IMG/VR virus record: IMGVR_UViG_3300042356_001708
Coordinates: 1-64,000 of that record
Length of the DNA stretch: 64,000 bases
Source of the DNA: a virus
Reading direction: 5' to 3' (one strand)
A model generated the notes under the pieces. The model saw nothing but the letters and a program-made list of their open reading frames with translations, searched no databases and had not been told where the DNA came from. Below are positions 39,853-49,458 of the stretch, in pieces (the first letter of the stretch is position 1; each line of letters begins with the position of its first letter). Both the position numbers and the translations under genes were made by a program.

Positions 39853-40652
39853 GATTTAAAAGACCTATAACTCAAATAAGAATACATCATAGGAACTGTG
39901 GTTTTTTTTCAGATTTTTTAGTTATGTTATCCAACATTTATTATGTTAGGAATGAGTTATTTAATGATTTTCATATTGATTGGAGAACCTCACTATACTC
40001 ATCAAATAATGAGAACATATATGATAAATATTTTTATCAACACAATGATGAAAACTGTAATTACAATAATGTTATAACTAATTTAACAGGGTATAATGCA
40101 ATATTTGCAAATCATGTATTACATGAAGATGTGAGTGAAATTGAAATATATCGGTCATTATCATATGGTAATTTTTTAATGTATAATTACGGTCTACTTG
40201 AAGGTGAATTTTTTAAAAATTTTGATAGAAATTACTTCGGTGACCAAAAAATTTTAGGTATTCACAGACGGGGTACCGACCACGGACATCATGGTCAATT
40301 AATGTCTGACATAACATACTTAAATGAAATTAATAGAGAATTCAAAACAAATAATTACGATAAAATTTTTTTAATTACAGACCAATTAAGTTCGTTTGAA
40401 TTCTTTAAAAAAGAACTTGGTAACTCATTAATTACCACCGACTCAACCATGTCGGATAGCTCATGTGGTGTTCATTACAGACACGATGTAAGTCCTGAAA
40501 AAATCGCCTACGATGCATTAAGAGATTCTTATTTGTTGTCATTAACTGATTATAAATTAGTGACAAGAAGTAACCTATCAACATTTGCTTTATTATGTAA
40601 TTTACAAAAAGATAATTTTAGACTAATTGATAAACATATTTTTTACCGATAA
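39849..40652 (+). CDS. NodZ/GT23-like fucosyltransferase-fold protein
   Basis: CGFFS, LGIHRRGTD, KIFLITD, D.YLLS..D......SN.S. Confidence 0.7.
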   Translation: MRFKRPITQIRIHHRNCGFFSDFLVMLSNIYYVRNELFNDFHIDWRTSLYSSNNENIYDKYFYQHNDENCNYNNVITNLTGYNAIFANHVLHEDVSEIEIYRSLSYGNFLMYNYGLLEGEFFKNFDRNYFGDQKILGIHRRGTDHGHHGQLMSDITYLNEINREFKTNNYDKIFLITDQLSSFEFFKKELGNSLITTDSTMSDSSCGVHYRHDVSPEKIAYDALRDSYLLSLTDYKLVTRSNLSTFALLCNLQKDNFRLIDKHIFYR

Positions 40653-40663
40653 AAAATAATAAG

Positions 40664-43009
40664 ATGAAAAATTATAAAAATATATTTGACACAATATATA
40701 AAACTTGGGGATTTGGGGGCGGAGAGAGCCGTTCAGGGCCCGGAAGTACTTTACAGGAAACTGAAGTAATACGAGAAAAAATTAAAAATTTAGTTAAGTA
40801 TAAACGAATTAAATCTGTCGTTGATTTACCTTGCGGCGATTTTAATTGGATGAAAGAAATTGTTGATTCTTTTGACTCGTACCACGGAGGGGACATTGTG
40901 GGCGAATTAATTGTTTCAAATATTGAGAAATATAAAACTAATAAAGTCCAATTTTCAGTAATTGATGTTCTTAATGATGAAATACCTAAAGCCGATTTAT
41001 TAATAGTAAGGGATATTATTGGGCATTACCCAATTGAGGATGGTAAAAAGATAGTTGAAAAAATCATTAATTCAGGGTGTAAATACCTATTATCAACCAC
41101 TTGGTATAATGTTTTAGACAGTAAATATTATTTAAAACACGAAAATAGTGATGTAGAATACGGTAGATTTTATCCCGTAAATTTAATGAGTGAGCCGTTT
41201 AATTTACCTGAACCTGAATTAATTATTGAGGAAGATGTTGTAGTTGATGGGTATAATTTAGGTAATCGTAAAACACTTGGGTTTTGGAATTTAGAAGATT
41301 TAAAAAATAGTAAGTCAAAGAACGAGATTCTTACATTAGTTACAGGTCTGTGGGATTTAAATCGGGATTCTTTATCTGAAGGATGGGCTAGACCATTTGA
41401 GGAACATTACATTAGAAAATTCAGAGAGTTACTTAAAACTCCACATAATTTAATAATTTATGGGGATAGAAATCTTGAGAAAATTGTTAAAGAGTTAAGG
41501 AAAGATTATAATACACAATTTATTTACCGAGATTTGGAATGGTTTAAAACCAACGACTATTTTGATAAAATACAAAAAATAAGAACTGATAAAAATTGGA
41601 CTGGTTTATCAGGATGGCTCGGGGACTCAACTCAAGCTAAACTTGAAATGTACAACCCGTTGGTCATGTCAAAAATGTTTTTATTAAATGATGCTAAATT
41701 ATTAAGTAAATTTAATACTAAAAACATTTATTGGGTTGATGCGGGAATAACTAATACTGTCAGTATTGATTATTTTACAGATGAATCAATACTAAATAAA
41801 CTACCTGAAAAATTCTCAAAATTTTCATTTGTTTGTTTTCCTTACGATGCGGTTAATGAGATACACGGGTTCAAATACGACGCGATAAATAGATATTCTC
41901 AAAATAAAGTTAATAAAGTTGCGAGAGGGGGATTTTTTGGAGGAAATGTTGACACTATTAATGAAGTTAATTCAATCTATTATAGATTATTAATTGAAAC
42001 GTTAAACGAGGGTTTAATGGGAACTGAAGAATCAATCTTCACTATTATGATATATCGTTATAATAAACTGATTGAGTACTCCGAAATTGATTCAAACGGA
42101 TTGATTTATAAGTTTTTTGAAGATTTGAAGAATGACTCAATTGAAGTTAAAACTGAAACTACTACTACATTTTCACCCATACAAAAAATGTCTAAAGATT
42201 TGAAAGTCGGTTTATACGTCCTTACTTTTAATAGTCCGAAACAATTCAAAACTTTAATTGACTCAATGATACAATATGATAGTGACTTTATTAACAAATC
42301 TGAAAAGTATCTATTGGATAATTCTACGGACAAAACTACCAAAGTTGTGTATGATAAATTATGTGAGGAATATAATTTTACTTACATATCTAAAGGGGAG
42401 AATTTAGGTATTTGTGGTGGTAGACAGTACATTGCCGAACATTTTGATAAGACAAAATTAGATGCCTATTATTTCTTTGAGGACGATATGTTTTTTTACC
42501 CAAAAGAAAATGAGAAATGTAAAAACGGATTTGGTAGAATGGTAAAAAATTTATTTATAAAATCCAATGATATCTTGTCAATGAATTCTTTTGATTTCCT
42601 TAAATTAAATTTTTCAGAGTTTTATGGAGATAATACAACGCAATGGGCGTGGTATAATGTTCCACAATCTGTAAGGGAAAAATTTTGGCCAAATTATTCG
42701 CAGTTACCAAAAATGGGATTAGACCCAAACGCTCCTAAAACAAAATTTAATAATATTATGTGTTATCAGGATGTACCATATGCTGATGGTGAGATATATT
42801 ATTGTAATTGGCCTCAATTGGTTAGTCGTGAAGGTAATAAAAAAATGTTTTTGGATACTACTTGGGCATACCCACACGAACAGACGTGGATGTCACATAT
42901 GTACCAACTAACTAAAGAAGGTAAATTAAATCCTGGAATACTTTTATTAACACCTACGGAACATAATAGATTTGACCACTATGAAAGAGAATTAAGAAAA
43001 GAATCTTAA
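40664..43009 (+). CDS. Fusion: SAM methyltransferase, HtrL/YibB-like domain, GT-A domain
   Basis: ESRSGPGS, DLPCGDFNWM; TLVTGLWDL, SKMFLL.DA, WVDAG, GGFFGG, GTEE; NLGICGGR, YFFEDDM. Confidence 0.7.
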   Translation: MKNYKNIFDTIYKTWGFGGGESRSGPGSTLQETEVIREKIKNLVKYKRIKSVVDLPCGDFNWMKEIVDSFDSYHGGDIVGELIVSNIEKYKTNKVQFSVIDVLNDEIPKADLLIVRDIIGHYPIEDGKKIVEKIINSGCKYLLSTTWYNVLDSKYYLKHENSDVEYGRFYPVNLMSEPFNLPEPELIIEEDVVVDGYNLGNRKTLGFWNLEDLKNSKSKNEILTLVTGLWDLNRDSLSEGWARPFEEHYIRKFRELLKTPHNLIIYGDRNLEKIVKELRKDYNTQFIYRDLEWFKTNDYFDKIQKIRTDKNWTGLSGWLGDSTQAKLEMYNPLVMSKMFLLNDAKLLSKFNTKNIYWVDAGITNTVSIDYFTDESILNKLPEKFSKFSFVCFPYDAVNEIHGFKYDAINRYSQNKVNKVARGGFFGGNVDTINEVNSIYYRLLIETLNEGLMGTEESIFTIMIYRYNKLIEYSEIDSNGLIYKFFEDLKNDSIEVKTETTTTFSPIQKMSKDLKVGLYVLTFNSPKQFKTLIDSMIQYDSDFINKSEKYLLDNSTDKTTKVVYDKLCEEYNFTYISKGENLGICGGRQYIAEHFDKTKLDAYYFFEDDMFFYPKENEKCKNGFGRMVKNLFIKSNDILSMNSFDFLKLNFSEFYGDNTTQWAWYNVPQSVREKFWPNYSQLPKMGLDPNAPKTKFNNIMCYQDVPYADGEIYYCNWPQLVSREGNKKMFLDTTWAYPHEQTWMSHMYQLTKEGKLNPGILLLTPTEHNRFDHYERELRKES

Positions 43010-43033
43010 TTGAATTTCGTAGTATTTATTGGT

Positions 43034-43414
43034 ATGGAATTTTACATTAAAAAAGGAGCTACCCTACCATTATTAAAAATGCAAATTGTTAAAGATGGTA
43101 GAAGTGACTATCATAAATTTATGGATTTGATAGAAACTTCAACCATATTATTTTCAATGATTGATGCCGATACGGGAATACCAAAATTCCTATCTAAACC
43201 TGCAGGTTTTGTTTCTAAAAATTTTTTAAATGAGGCTGCTTCAACTGAATACTATGTTTATTATCAGTTTACGGCTAAAGACACAAATAAACCTGGTAGA
43301 TATGAAGGTGAATTCCTCTTTAAAAATGAACAGGGAAATCTAATAGTTCCATTAAGAGAAAAACTTTACATTACAATTCAGGATAGTTTTATATCAGATA
43401 AGGCTTGTTGTTGA
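43034..43414 (+). CDS. BppU-N-like/Ig-like virion protein; start moved to ATG 43034
   Basis: FYIKKGATLP, YYQF...DT...GRYEGEF; TATTTAT 4 nt upstream of ATG. Confidence 0.55.
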   Translation: MEFYIKKGATLPLLKMQIVKDGRSDYHKFMDLIETSTILFSMIDADTGIPKFLSKPAGFVSKNFLNEAASTEYYVYYQFTAKDTNKPGRYEGEFLFKNEQGNLIVPLREKLYITIQDSFISDKACC

Positions 43415-43446
43415 TTTGACATTCTTTATTTAATATCTTAAATTTG
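43415..43446 (+). promoter_or_regulatory. Bacteroidota housekeeping promoter TTTG-N20-TAAATTTG for DNA polymerase
   Basis: Exact consensus match in the intergenic region (also reads as TTGACA-N17-TAAATT). Confidence 0.7.
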
Positions 43447-43500
43447 CTTAAACGGTAAACTCCAAGATAGTTTGGAAGCCAATATACCAATTTAAAATTT

Positions 43501-46296
43501 ATGATATCAAACGAAGAAATTGAGAATTTCCTGCAAGGAAATGATGATGAAAAATACATCATCGGGGTAGAATACGATTACGTCAAAGATTGTGTTTGGA
43601 AAATTATTGAAGACCCAATTCACGGTAAACAAATTAAAAAAGATACATTCATCCCATTTGCTTGGGTTGGTGACTTACGTGGATTAAACTTTTATCAATC
43701 ATCAAAGGCATTACAAAAAGAAGCAATGACAAAACATAAAATTGTTATTGAAAAATTGCGCACTGACGGTAATGAAAGATTAGAAAAAGGATTGACGTTC
43801 ATGGTTAAATCATTGAATGGATATCGTTCTCTTATTCAATTTTTTAGAGATGGGGGTGTTGACCCCTGGGGAGAAAAAACAAAAGGGTTAATCCTAATCC
43901 TCCCTCCTGTTGAACAATTCTTAGTTACAAAAGAGAAACGATTGTTCAAGGGGTTTGACGATTACAATAGTATCACGAGGTTTGTATTTGACTTAGAGAC
44001 GACCGCATTAGAACCAAAGGATGGTCGTATTTTTATGATAGGGATGAAAACCAATAAAGGTTTTAGTCAGGTAATTGAGTGTTCAACTGAAGAACAAGAA
44101 AGAGAAGGTATCATCAAATTTTTTAACACAATAGATGAACTCAAACCAAGTATTATTGCATCTTACAACGGGTTTAACTTTGACTGGTTTTGGATATTTG
44201 AAAGAGCGAAAGCGTTAAAATTGGACATTAAAAAGGTTGCTAAAACCTTAAATGCTATGAATCCAATCAAACAATCTGAATCAATGTTAAAACTCGCAAA
44301 CGAGGTTGAGAGGTTTAACCAAACCTCAATGTGGGGTTATAATGTTGTTGACACATTACATGCTGTTAGACGAGCTCAAGCAATCAATTCGTCTATTAAA
44401 TCAGCGGGTTTGAAGTATATTACTCAATATATTAAAGCTGAAGCCCCTGACCGTGTATATATTGACCATACAGACATTGGTCCGTTTTATGCAAAAAAAG
44501 AAGAATATTGGTTGAACATCCAAAATGGTAAATATAAGAAAGTGGGGATTGACCCCACAATTGACGAAGCGTGTTCAAAACACACAAACGTATATATTAA
44601 GACAACGGGTGATGATTTGGTTGAGAGATATCTTGACGATGACTTGGAGGAAACTCTAACAGTTGACGAAGAATTTAATCAAGGTTCATTCCTACTTGCG
44701 TCTTTGGTTCCGACAACATATGAAAGAGTTTCCACTATGGGAACTGCGACATTATGGGAAATCCAAATGAGAGCTTGGTCATACAAACATAAATTAGCAA
44801 TTCCTGCTAAAAATGAAAAGACAGAGTTTGTCGGGGGTTTATCACGATTACTAAAAGTAGGGTATTCAACAGATGTATTAAAACTTGACTTCTCGTCACT
44901 TTATCCGTCAATTCAGTTGGTTCACGATGTATTCCCAACCTGCGATATCACAGGGGCGATGAAAGGAATGTTAAATTACTTCCGTAACACTCGTATCAAG
45001 TATAAAAACTTGGCTAAGGAATATCAGGATATTGACAAAAAACAAGCAACATCTTATGACCGTAAGCAATTACCAATTAAGATTTTCATTAACTCAATGT
45101 TCGGTGCGTTGTCCGCTCCACAAGTATATCACTGGGGTGATATGTATATGGGTGAACAGATTACTTGTACAGGGAGACAATACTTACGTCAGATGTTACG
45201 TTTCTTTATGAAACGAGGATATACTCCTCTTGTATGTGATACGGATGGTATGAACTTCTCATTACCTGAAGGTGGTGTGGATGGTAGAACTTATATCGGT
45301 AAGGGTAACAATTGGTTGGTTAAAGAAGGTAAGGAATATAAAGGTTATGATGCTGATGTTGCTGAGTTTAACGATATGTTTATGAAAGGTGCTATGGGAC
45401 TTGACTGTGATGGTACTTGGAAATCCTGTATGAACATTGCTCGTAAGAACTACGCAACAATGGAACACAACGGAAAGATTAAACTTACAGGTAACTCTAT
45501 TAAAAGTAAGAAACTACCTTTATATATTGAGGATTTCTTGGATAAAGGAATTAAGATGTTGTTAGAAGGTAATGGCCAAGATTTTGTTGAGTGGTATTAT
45601 GAATACTTAGAAAAGATTTATAACAAACAAATTCCACTTATGAAGATTGCCCAAAGAGCAAAGGTTAAATTATCTATTGACGATTATAACAAACGTTCAA
45701 AAGAAAAGACCAAAGCAGGTAATGAAATGTCACGTATGGCACATATGGAACTTGCAATTAGAGATGGTATTGCGGTTAGTTTGGGTGATGTAATATTCTA
45801 TGTTAATAATGGTGTTAAAGCATCACACGGGGATGTCCAAAAAGTTAACCAACCTAAGAAGGGATGGTCGCAATCTGATTTGGATAATATGATGGAAGGG
45901 TATGGTAAAATACCTAATGAAATGGTTGAATCGTATGTAAAACTTAATTGTTATAGATTAAATCCTGCTGAATTAGAATCAAATCCTGATATGACAGGTG
46001 AATATAACGTAGCAAGAGCCGTAGTAACATTTAATAAACGCATTGAACCATTGTTAATTGTGTTTGGTGAAGAAGTAAGAAATAACCTTATTGTTACTGA
46101 CCCTAAAGATAGAGGATTGTTTACTAAAGACCAATGTAAATTAATCAATGGTATCCCGTTTGAACCTGCAGACCAAGATAGTATTGAAGATTTGTTAACA
46201 ATAACTGACCAAGAAAAGATATATTGGGAAAAACGAGGAATTAACCCTGAGTATATTTACGAATTAGCTGAGGAAGGGTGGGAAGAGATGGTCTAA
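43501..46296 (+). CDS. polB: Family B DNA polymerase
   Basis: FDLET, YNGFNFDW (exonuclease); DFSSLYPS, KIFINSMFG, CDTDG (polymerase A/B/C). Confidence 0.95.
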   Translation: MISNEEIENFLQGNDDEKYIIGVEYDYVKDCVWKIIEDPIHGKQIKKDTFIPFAWVGDLRGLNFYQSSKALQKEAMTKHKIVIEKLRTDGNERLEKGLTFMVKSLNGYRSLIQFFRDGGVDPWGEKTKGLILILPPVEQFLVTKEKRLFKGFDDYNSITRFVFDLETTALEPKDGRIFMIGMKTNKGFSQVIECSTEEQEREGIIKFFNTIDELKPSIIASYNGFNFDWFWIFERAKALKLDIKKVAKTLNAMNPIKQSESMLKLANEVERFNQTSMWGYNVVDTLHAVRRAQAINSSIKSAGLKYITQYIKAEAPDRVYIDHTDIGPFYAKKEEYWLNIQNGKYKKVGIDPTIDEACSKHTNVYIKTTGDDLVERYLDDDLEETLTVDEEFNQGSFLLASLVPTTYERVSTMGTATLWEIQMRAWSYKHKLAIPAKNEKTEFVGGLSRLLKVGYSTDVLKLDFSSLYPSIQLVHDVFPTCDITGAMKGMLNYFRNTRIKYKNLAKEYQDIDKKQATSYDRKQLPIKIFINSMFGALSAPQVYHWGDMYMGEQITCTGRQYLRQMLRFFMKRGYTPLVCDTDGMNFSLPEGGVDGRTYIGKGNNWLVKEGKEYKGYDADVAEFNDMFMKGAMGLDCDGTWKSCMNIARKNYATMEHNGKIKLTGNSIKSKKLPLYIEDFLDKGIKMLLEGNGQDFVEWYYEYLEKIYNKQIPLMKIAQRAKVKLSIDDYNKRSKEKTKAGNEMSRMAHMELAIRDGIAVSLGDVIFYVNNGVKASHGDVQKVNQPKKGWSQSDLDNMMEGYGKIPNEMVESYVKLNCYRLNPAELESNPDMTGEYNVARAVVTFNKRIEPLLIVFGEEVRNNLIVTDPKDRGLFTKDQCKLINGIPFEPADQDSIEDLLTITDQEKIYWEKRGINPEYIYELAEEGWEEMV

Positions 46297-46628
46297 GACT
46301 GTTTCAACCCATCTGACGACAAGATATACCAATTACCTACAGCAAATACTAGCTCAACGCTTGCCCCATTCTCAAGTTCCATTTCGTCAAATTGTTCATC
46401 AATTTTACCAAAATCAGGTAATAAAAGTACTCGTGTGAGTGCTTTTATTGTTATACGGTCATTCCTTGTTGAATTCAACTTGATTTTTGAAAAATTAATA
46501 TTTTTAACAATAATTACACTTTCACCTGAACAATCATAATATGGTTCAGATACTAATGATACTTCAGAACTTGTGATAATTTGACCATTAATTATTCGGT
46601 CAATCGGTCTTGTTTTAATAATTGGCAT
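46293..46628 (-). CDS. Hypothetical beta-rich protein downstream of the neck gene
   Basis: 111-aa ORF; ASVELVF..GNWYI tail. Confidence 0.65.
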   Translation of the reverse strand: MPIIKTRPIDRIINGQIITSSEVSLVSEPYYDCSGESVIIVKNINFSKIKLNSTRNDRITIKALTRVLLLPDFGKIDEQFDEMELENGASVELVFAVGNWYILSSDGLKQS

Positions 46629-46631
46629 AAA

Positions 46632-47753
46632 TTAAATTACATAAATCTGACGAGGTGCTGCTCTGAATTTAAGAGACTTATTAAGATTTTCAGCAATTTG
46701 TGCTTCTCTTTCCATTACCTTCTCAGGTTTTAATCTTGTAAGTCTACCATCAGCCCCAATCAACTCATCAATTAGTTTAGTTTTTTCATCTTTTGCTTCA
46801 GTTGCTAAAGATGTATAATCTAAAGTTAATTCAGAATCTGGAGTTTTCAAGTTTCCACTGTATTTTCCTCGTACTCTTGCTAAAGTTTCTTTACAATATG
46901 CGACAAACCATCTTCTAACCCATTGTTTTGAAGGGTTATTTAAATCATCCCATGTAAGTTCTTCATAAGGAACATCATTAGGCGTTCTAATAATGTCAGG
47001 GTTTGCCTTTAAACAAGAATTTTTATCTTCAGGACCTACATCATAGTACCAATACCAAACTCTACCACCGGCAAACGTTGAACTACCAAAGTCAAATTTA
47101 CCTCCAGGCGTATTCATTAAATGAACTGCTTTTTTACCATCGGGTAACGCTGTAACACGATATGTAAGTTCAGAAGCAATTATTCTCCTTTGGATGTTAA
47201 TTTGTTGCATTCTTAACATCATATCAAATGCCGGCATTAAGAAATAAGACCCACTATAACCCAATTGTGCATATCCTCCAGGTCCTCCTATACCAGGTCC
47301 TCCCATACTACCAAAAGACCAAGGGTCAAATAAAAGATTTGTAAGTGTTGACGGAGTAAACCAAAGTAACTCATTGAGTTCTCTTCCCGCAGGTATTTCA
47401 TAAATTTGTTGACCTTTAACTAATTCAATATAATCTTTCTTTAATACCCAATCACCTCCAGTTTGTAAACCAACAATTTTAGAATATGCGTAAGTATATC
47501 TTGTTTCGTAATCTAAGGTCCTGGTAACAAATGCTCTAGATAAAGATTGTTCATCTAAATTTAAATTATATAATGACGACCATTGAGATTCAGTTAGCCA
47601 ATCTTGGATGTATTGGGAATAGTCATCAATAGAAAACTCTAAAAGAGAGTCCATTTGTTCATCTTCCAATTCAATACCTCTTAAAGGTGCACCAAGTAAA
47701 TGTTTTACTTTTGTGAATAACTTATTTCTTTCAGGTTGTGATATTTTAGACAT
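46632..47753 (-). CDS. gp13: Neck/head-tail adaptor protein (T4 gp13-like)
   Basis: LLGAPLRGIELEDEQMD; WVRRW..A..KE.L..VRGKYSG. Confidence 0.8.
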   Translation of the reverse strand: MSKISQPERNKLFTKVKHLLGAPLRGIELEDEQMDSLLEFSIDDYSQYIQDWLTESQWSSLYNLNLDEQSLSRAFVTRTLDYETRYTYAYSKIVGLQTGGDWVLKKDYIELVKGQQIYEIPAGRELNELLWFTPSTLTNLLFDPWSFGSMGGPGIGGPGGYAQLGYSGSYFLMPAFDMMLRMQQINIQRRIIASELTYRVTALPDGKKAVHLMNTPGGKFDFGSSTFAGGRVWYWYYDVGPEDKNSCLKANPDIIRTPNDVPYEELTWDDLNNPSKQWVRRWFVAYCKETLARVRGKYSGNLKTPDSELTLDYTSLATEAKDEKTKLIDELIGADGRLTRLKPEKVMEREAQIAENLNKSLKFRAAPRQIYVI

Positions 47754-47789
47754 TGTTTTTTATTTTATAAATATCAATATCTAATTGAA

Positions 47790-49421
47790 TTATTTATATT
47801 TTGAACAATCTTCTAAATCAAGAGATTCATTGGTTGAAAAACTATGTATTAGGGAACCTGATGGAAATACGTATGTCCCACTTGACACATCTAGTCCTGT
47901 ATTTTTAAAAATTAAAACAACCTTATCAACAACGTTTACAAATACAAATAACGGAACTTTATATAGTTGAACTGATGAACTTCCTAAAATTTTTATTTTG
48001 CCTTCCTCTTCAATAATTCTTGTAAATGGTTTTACTTGAGCTTCTTTCGTTCCATCTTCTAAATCAATTGTACAATCTGTTCCGAATGCATCTTTTTTAA
48101 GACCCAATCCTGAAGTTAATTTACAGACATTTTCACCAAGATTTCTATCAATAATTTGTTTAGCTGCGGTCTCATTTCGTTTTCCAATACAGTCTGAATA
48201 AGTTAATATTTTCCCAATTTTTTTATTTATTTCAGTGTTAGGATTGAATACTGTTTGTCTTAAAGAATCTAAAGCCGTGAAAAAGGTCTCCAAATTCAGT
48301 AGATTTTCCTCGTAGGTTCCCCCAAACTTAATATTCTCTTTACCAACCGAAGTTAGATATGTGTTAACATATTTGACTAATAAACAAAGTGCGGTATATG
48401 ATGACGTTAAGTTATTCAGTAAAGACCTGACAGTTTCTCCTTTAGATTTACGATACACACCACTCATATGAGTTCTGGTCTCATTGTGCCAATTGTTCGG
48501 AAATTGTTTTTTAAGTAGATTACTAATGTTTGAAACAACAATTGATTTAAGAGTTTTTTTACCACCCTTAATTTCTTGTGGGGTTAACTTATGTTGGAAA
48601 ATTGTTGATTTAATTACCCCTAATTCTGAAGAACTACATCCTTCAGTAACAGGAATATCTAATAATGAAGAGTCATCTTGTTCTAATAACATTTCACTAA
48701 CAAGTGACTCATTTATCTTGGTCTCAACTTTCATTTTGTATAATTGCTCAACAAAATCCCAATTAATTACATTCCAAAAGTTTTTAACATATTCATCTCT
48801 TTTATTTTTGTATTTCAAATAATAGGCATGTTCCCATAAATCCAATCCTAAAATAGGATACCCACCTCCTTTGAAGTCGTTCATTAATGGATTGTCTTGA
48901 TTTGGACTTGATACAATTTTTAATTTATTTTGACTTGTTACAACTAACCAAACCCATCCTGAACCAAATCTTTCTTTAGCTACCTCATTAAATTTTTTCT
49001 TAAACAATGAAAAGTCACCAAAATCTTTATCAATTCTTGCGGAAACTAATCTTTTTGGTTTTTGTGGTTTTGGGGATAACATTTTCCAAAACAATGCGTG
49101 ATTGTAGGCACCACCTGCGTTGTTTCTAACATCTTTACTAAACTTAGTTATTGATTGGACAATTTGTTCTAAATCTAAATCACCAAATTTTTTCTTACTT
49201 AACGCCGCGTTTAATTTGTCAACATACCCCTTATAATGTTTGTTATAATGAACATTCATTGTTTCGGGGTCAATAAAGGACTTTAAAGATGAATAAGAAT
49301 ATGGTAATTTTTCAATTCCAATTTTCTTCATTTCGGTCATTAAGAAATTCTCACTTATATTTTGAGTCTCCTCTTTAATTTGAGATTCTATTAACTGAAT
49401 CTTATTTTCAATAGATTTCAT
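47790..49421 (-). CDS. sodA: Mn-type superoxide dismutase fused to a ~290-aa C-terminal domain
   Basis: LPYSY..L...ID.ETM..HY.KH, NNAGG..NH, FGSGW.WL, NQDNP, DLWEHAYY. Confidence 0.85.
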   Translation of the reverse strand: MKSIENKIQLIESQIKEETQNISENFLMTEMKKIGIEKLPYSYSSLKSFIDPETMNVHYNKHYKGYVDKLNAALSKKKFGDLDLEQIVQSITKFSKDVRNNAGGAYNHALFWKMLSPKPQKPKRLVSARIDKDFGDFSLFKKKFNEVAKERFGSGWVWLVVTSQNKLKIVSSPNQDNPLMNDFKGGGYPILGLDLWEHAYYLKYKNKRDEYVKNFWNVINWDFVEQLYKMKVETKINESLVSEMLLEQDDSSLLDIPVTEGCSSSELGVIKSTIFQHKLTPQEIKGGKKTLKSIVVSNISNLLKKQFPNNWHNETRTHMSGVYRKSKGETVRSLLNNLTSSYTALCLLVKYVNTYLTSVGKENIKFGGTYEENLLNLETFFTALDSLRQTVFNPNTEINKKIGKILTYSDCIGKRNETAAKQIIDRNLGENVCKLTSGLGLKKDAFGTDCTIDLEDGTKEAQVKPFTRIIEEEGKIKILGSSSVQLYKVPLFVFVNVVDKVVLIFKNTGLDVSSGTYVFPSGSLIHSFSTNESLDLEDCSKYK

Positions 49422-49458
49422 ACAGGACTAATTTATACTATATAAATAATCCTTTTTT

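Noticed and set aside
43501-46296. Intein or intron in the DNA polymerase
   Set aside because: Single continuous ORF with normally spaced motifs; no intein termini or homing endonuclease motif seen.
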